DNA from: Heterodontus francisci
Lineage: Eukaryota
Reading direction: 5' to 3'
Assembly: GCF_036365525.1 (NCBI RefSeq)
Contig: NC_090416.1
Coordinates: forward strand, 14,421,591-14,482,944
Length of the DNA stretch: 61,354 bases
Numbering within the stretch: position 1 is the stretch's first letter; every line of letters starts with the position of its first letter. Positions 60,576 through 61,354 of this stretch are shown here, piece after piece. The notes under the pieces are model-generated. The model had not been told where the DNA came from, made no database searches, and worked only from the letters and a program-made list of their open reading frames with translations. The position numbers were made by a program, and so were the translations under genes.

Positions 60576-61354
60576 GCATTTAATTAACTGAGTTTAAATT
60601 CCCCAGCTGCCATGGAGCAGGGAGTGGTGGGGGGCAGGGATCTGAACTCATGTACCTGGATTACTAGCCCTGTAACACTAACCATTACATTGCCACACCT
60701 CCTAGTCAACTAACTATATAGAGTGAGAGCAACTTTACGGCTTCTGATCTTCTGGGCTCTCTGAAGAACCAATGAAAAACCAGGCTCTTTTATGTTTTTC
60801 CCAGGTGTCAGACCTCACGACGTAGCTGTTCCCAAATCCTTTTGAAGGCAGTCCGTTCATGTCAACAGTTGTAGTTGTTGACTCCAAAGCTACTGTCCAC
60901 AAATGAGAGATCCTGACAGAACAGTTCTTTAAAGAACAGGCTTTACTAACTGTTATCTTGCGATACGATAGCTAATGGATCCCTCCACCTACTTTTGTTA
61001 CGCTCGCCCCTAAAGTTGGACCTTAATCGCTCGTGGCTGACTTCAGTACTGTCTTAGTTCCTCACACAAGCACTTTTGTGTGTATAATACCTGGCACAAA
61101 GCATAAGACAAGCCAGGCTTTGCTCTCAAGACACTTTGAAGCCATGCTGTTGATAATGGATCAGTTGCTTGACGATGTAAAGAAGTTTGATTATTTGCCC
61201 TCAACTCCCCAGGATGTCCAATCAATCCCACCCCCCCCCCCCACAACCAACCAATCTACTCGATCATGAAAAACCCTCATGATCTTGAACACCTCTCCTT
61301 AACTTTCTTTGCTGCACAGACAACAATTCCAGCTTCTCTAATTTCACAGCGCTG

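Noticed and set aside
60780-61270. Plus-strand acceptor-like site (about 60805) and ORF 61033-61269
   Set aside because: Antisense within an SSR2 intron, no recognisable protein, no matching donor.

Overview
Vertebrate genomic DNA, most likely from a cartilaginous fish (shark-type Deu-domain SINEs, CR1/L2 LINEs and Penelope termini are abundant). It holds the complete coding region of GABPB2 (+ strand, 8 coding exons 14781-35831, 439 aa, probable ~7.4 kb 3' UTR to ~43250; promoter and 5' exon lie upstream of the window). It also holds a single-coding-exon cortexin-family gene (- strand, 46643-46876), one tRNA-Gly(TCC) (54825-54896), an orphan CCAAT/GC-box promoter-like island (~55050-55285) and the last two coding exons of SSR2/TRAP-beta (- strand). 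The rest is mostly retroelement debris. Most interesting observations: (1) a Penelope element plus dispersed short derivatives carrying minimal hammerhead-ribozyme motifs; (2) a cortexin in a GABPB2/SSR2 neighbourhood that may be the missing fourth ohnolog; (3) a decayed duplicate of the SSR2 terminal exon in its own 3' UTR; (4) a 186-nt segment repeated in inverted orientation 31 kb away and much better conserved than its flanks; (5) locally templated insertions; (6) a hAT-type MITE with a promoter-like core; (7) a possible zipper-less short GABPB2 isoform. All alignments were done by eye, and repeat boundaries are approximate.
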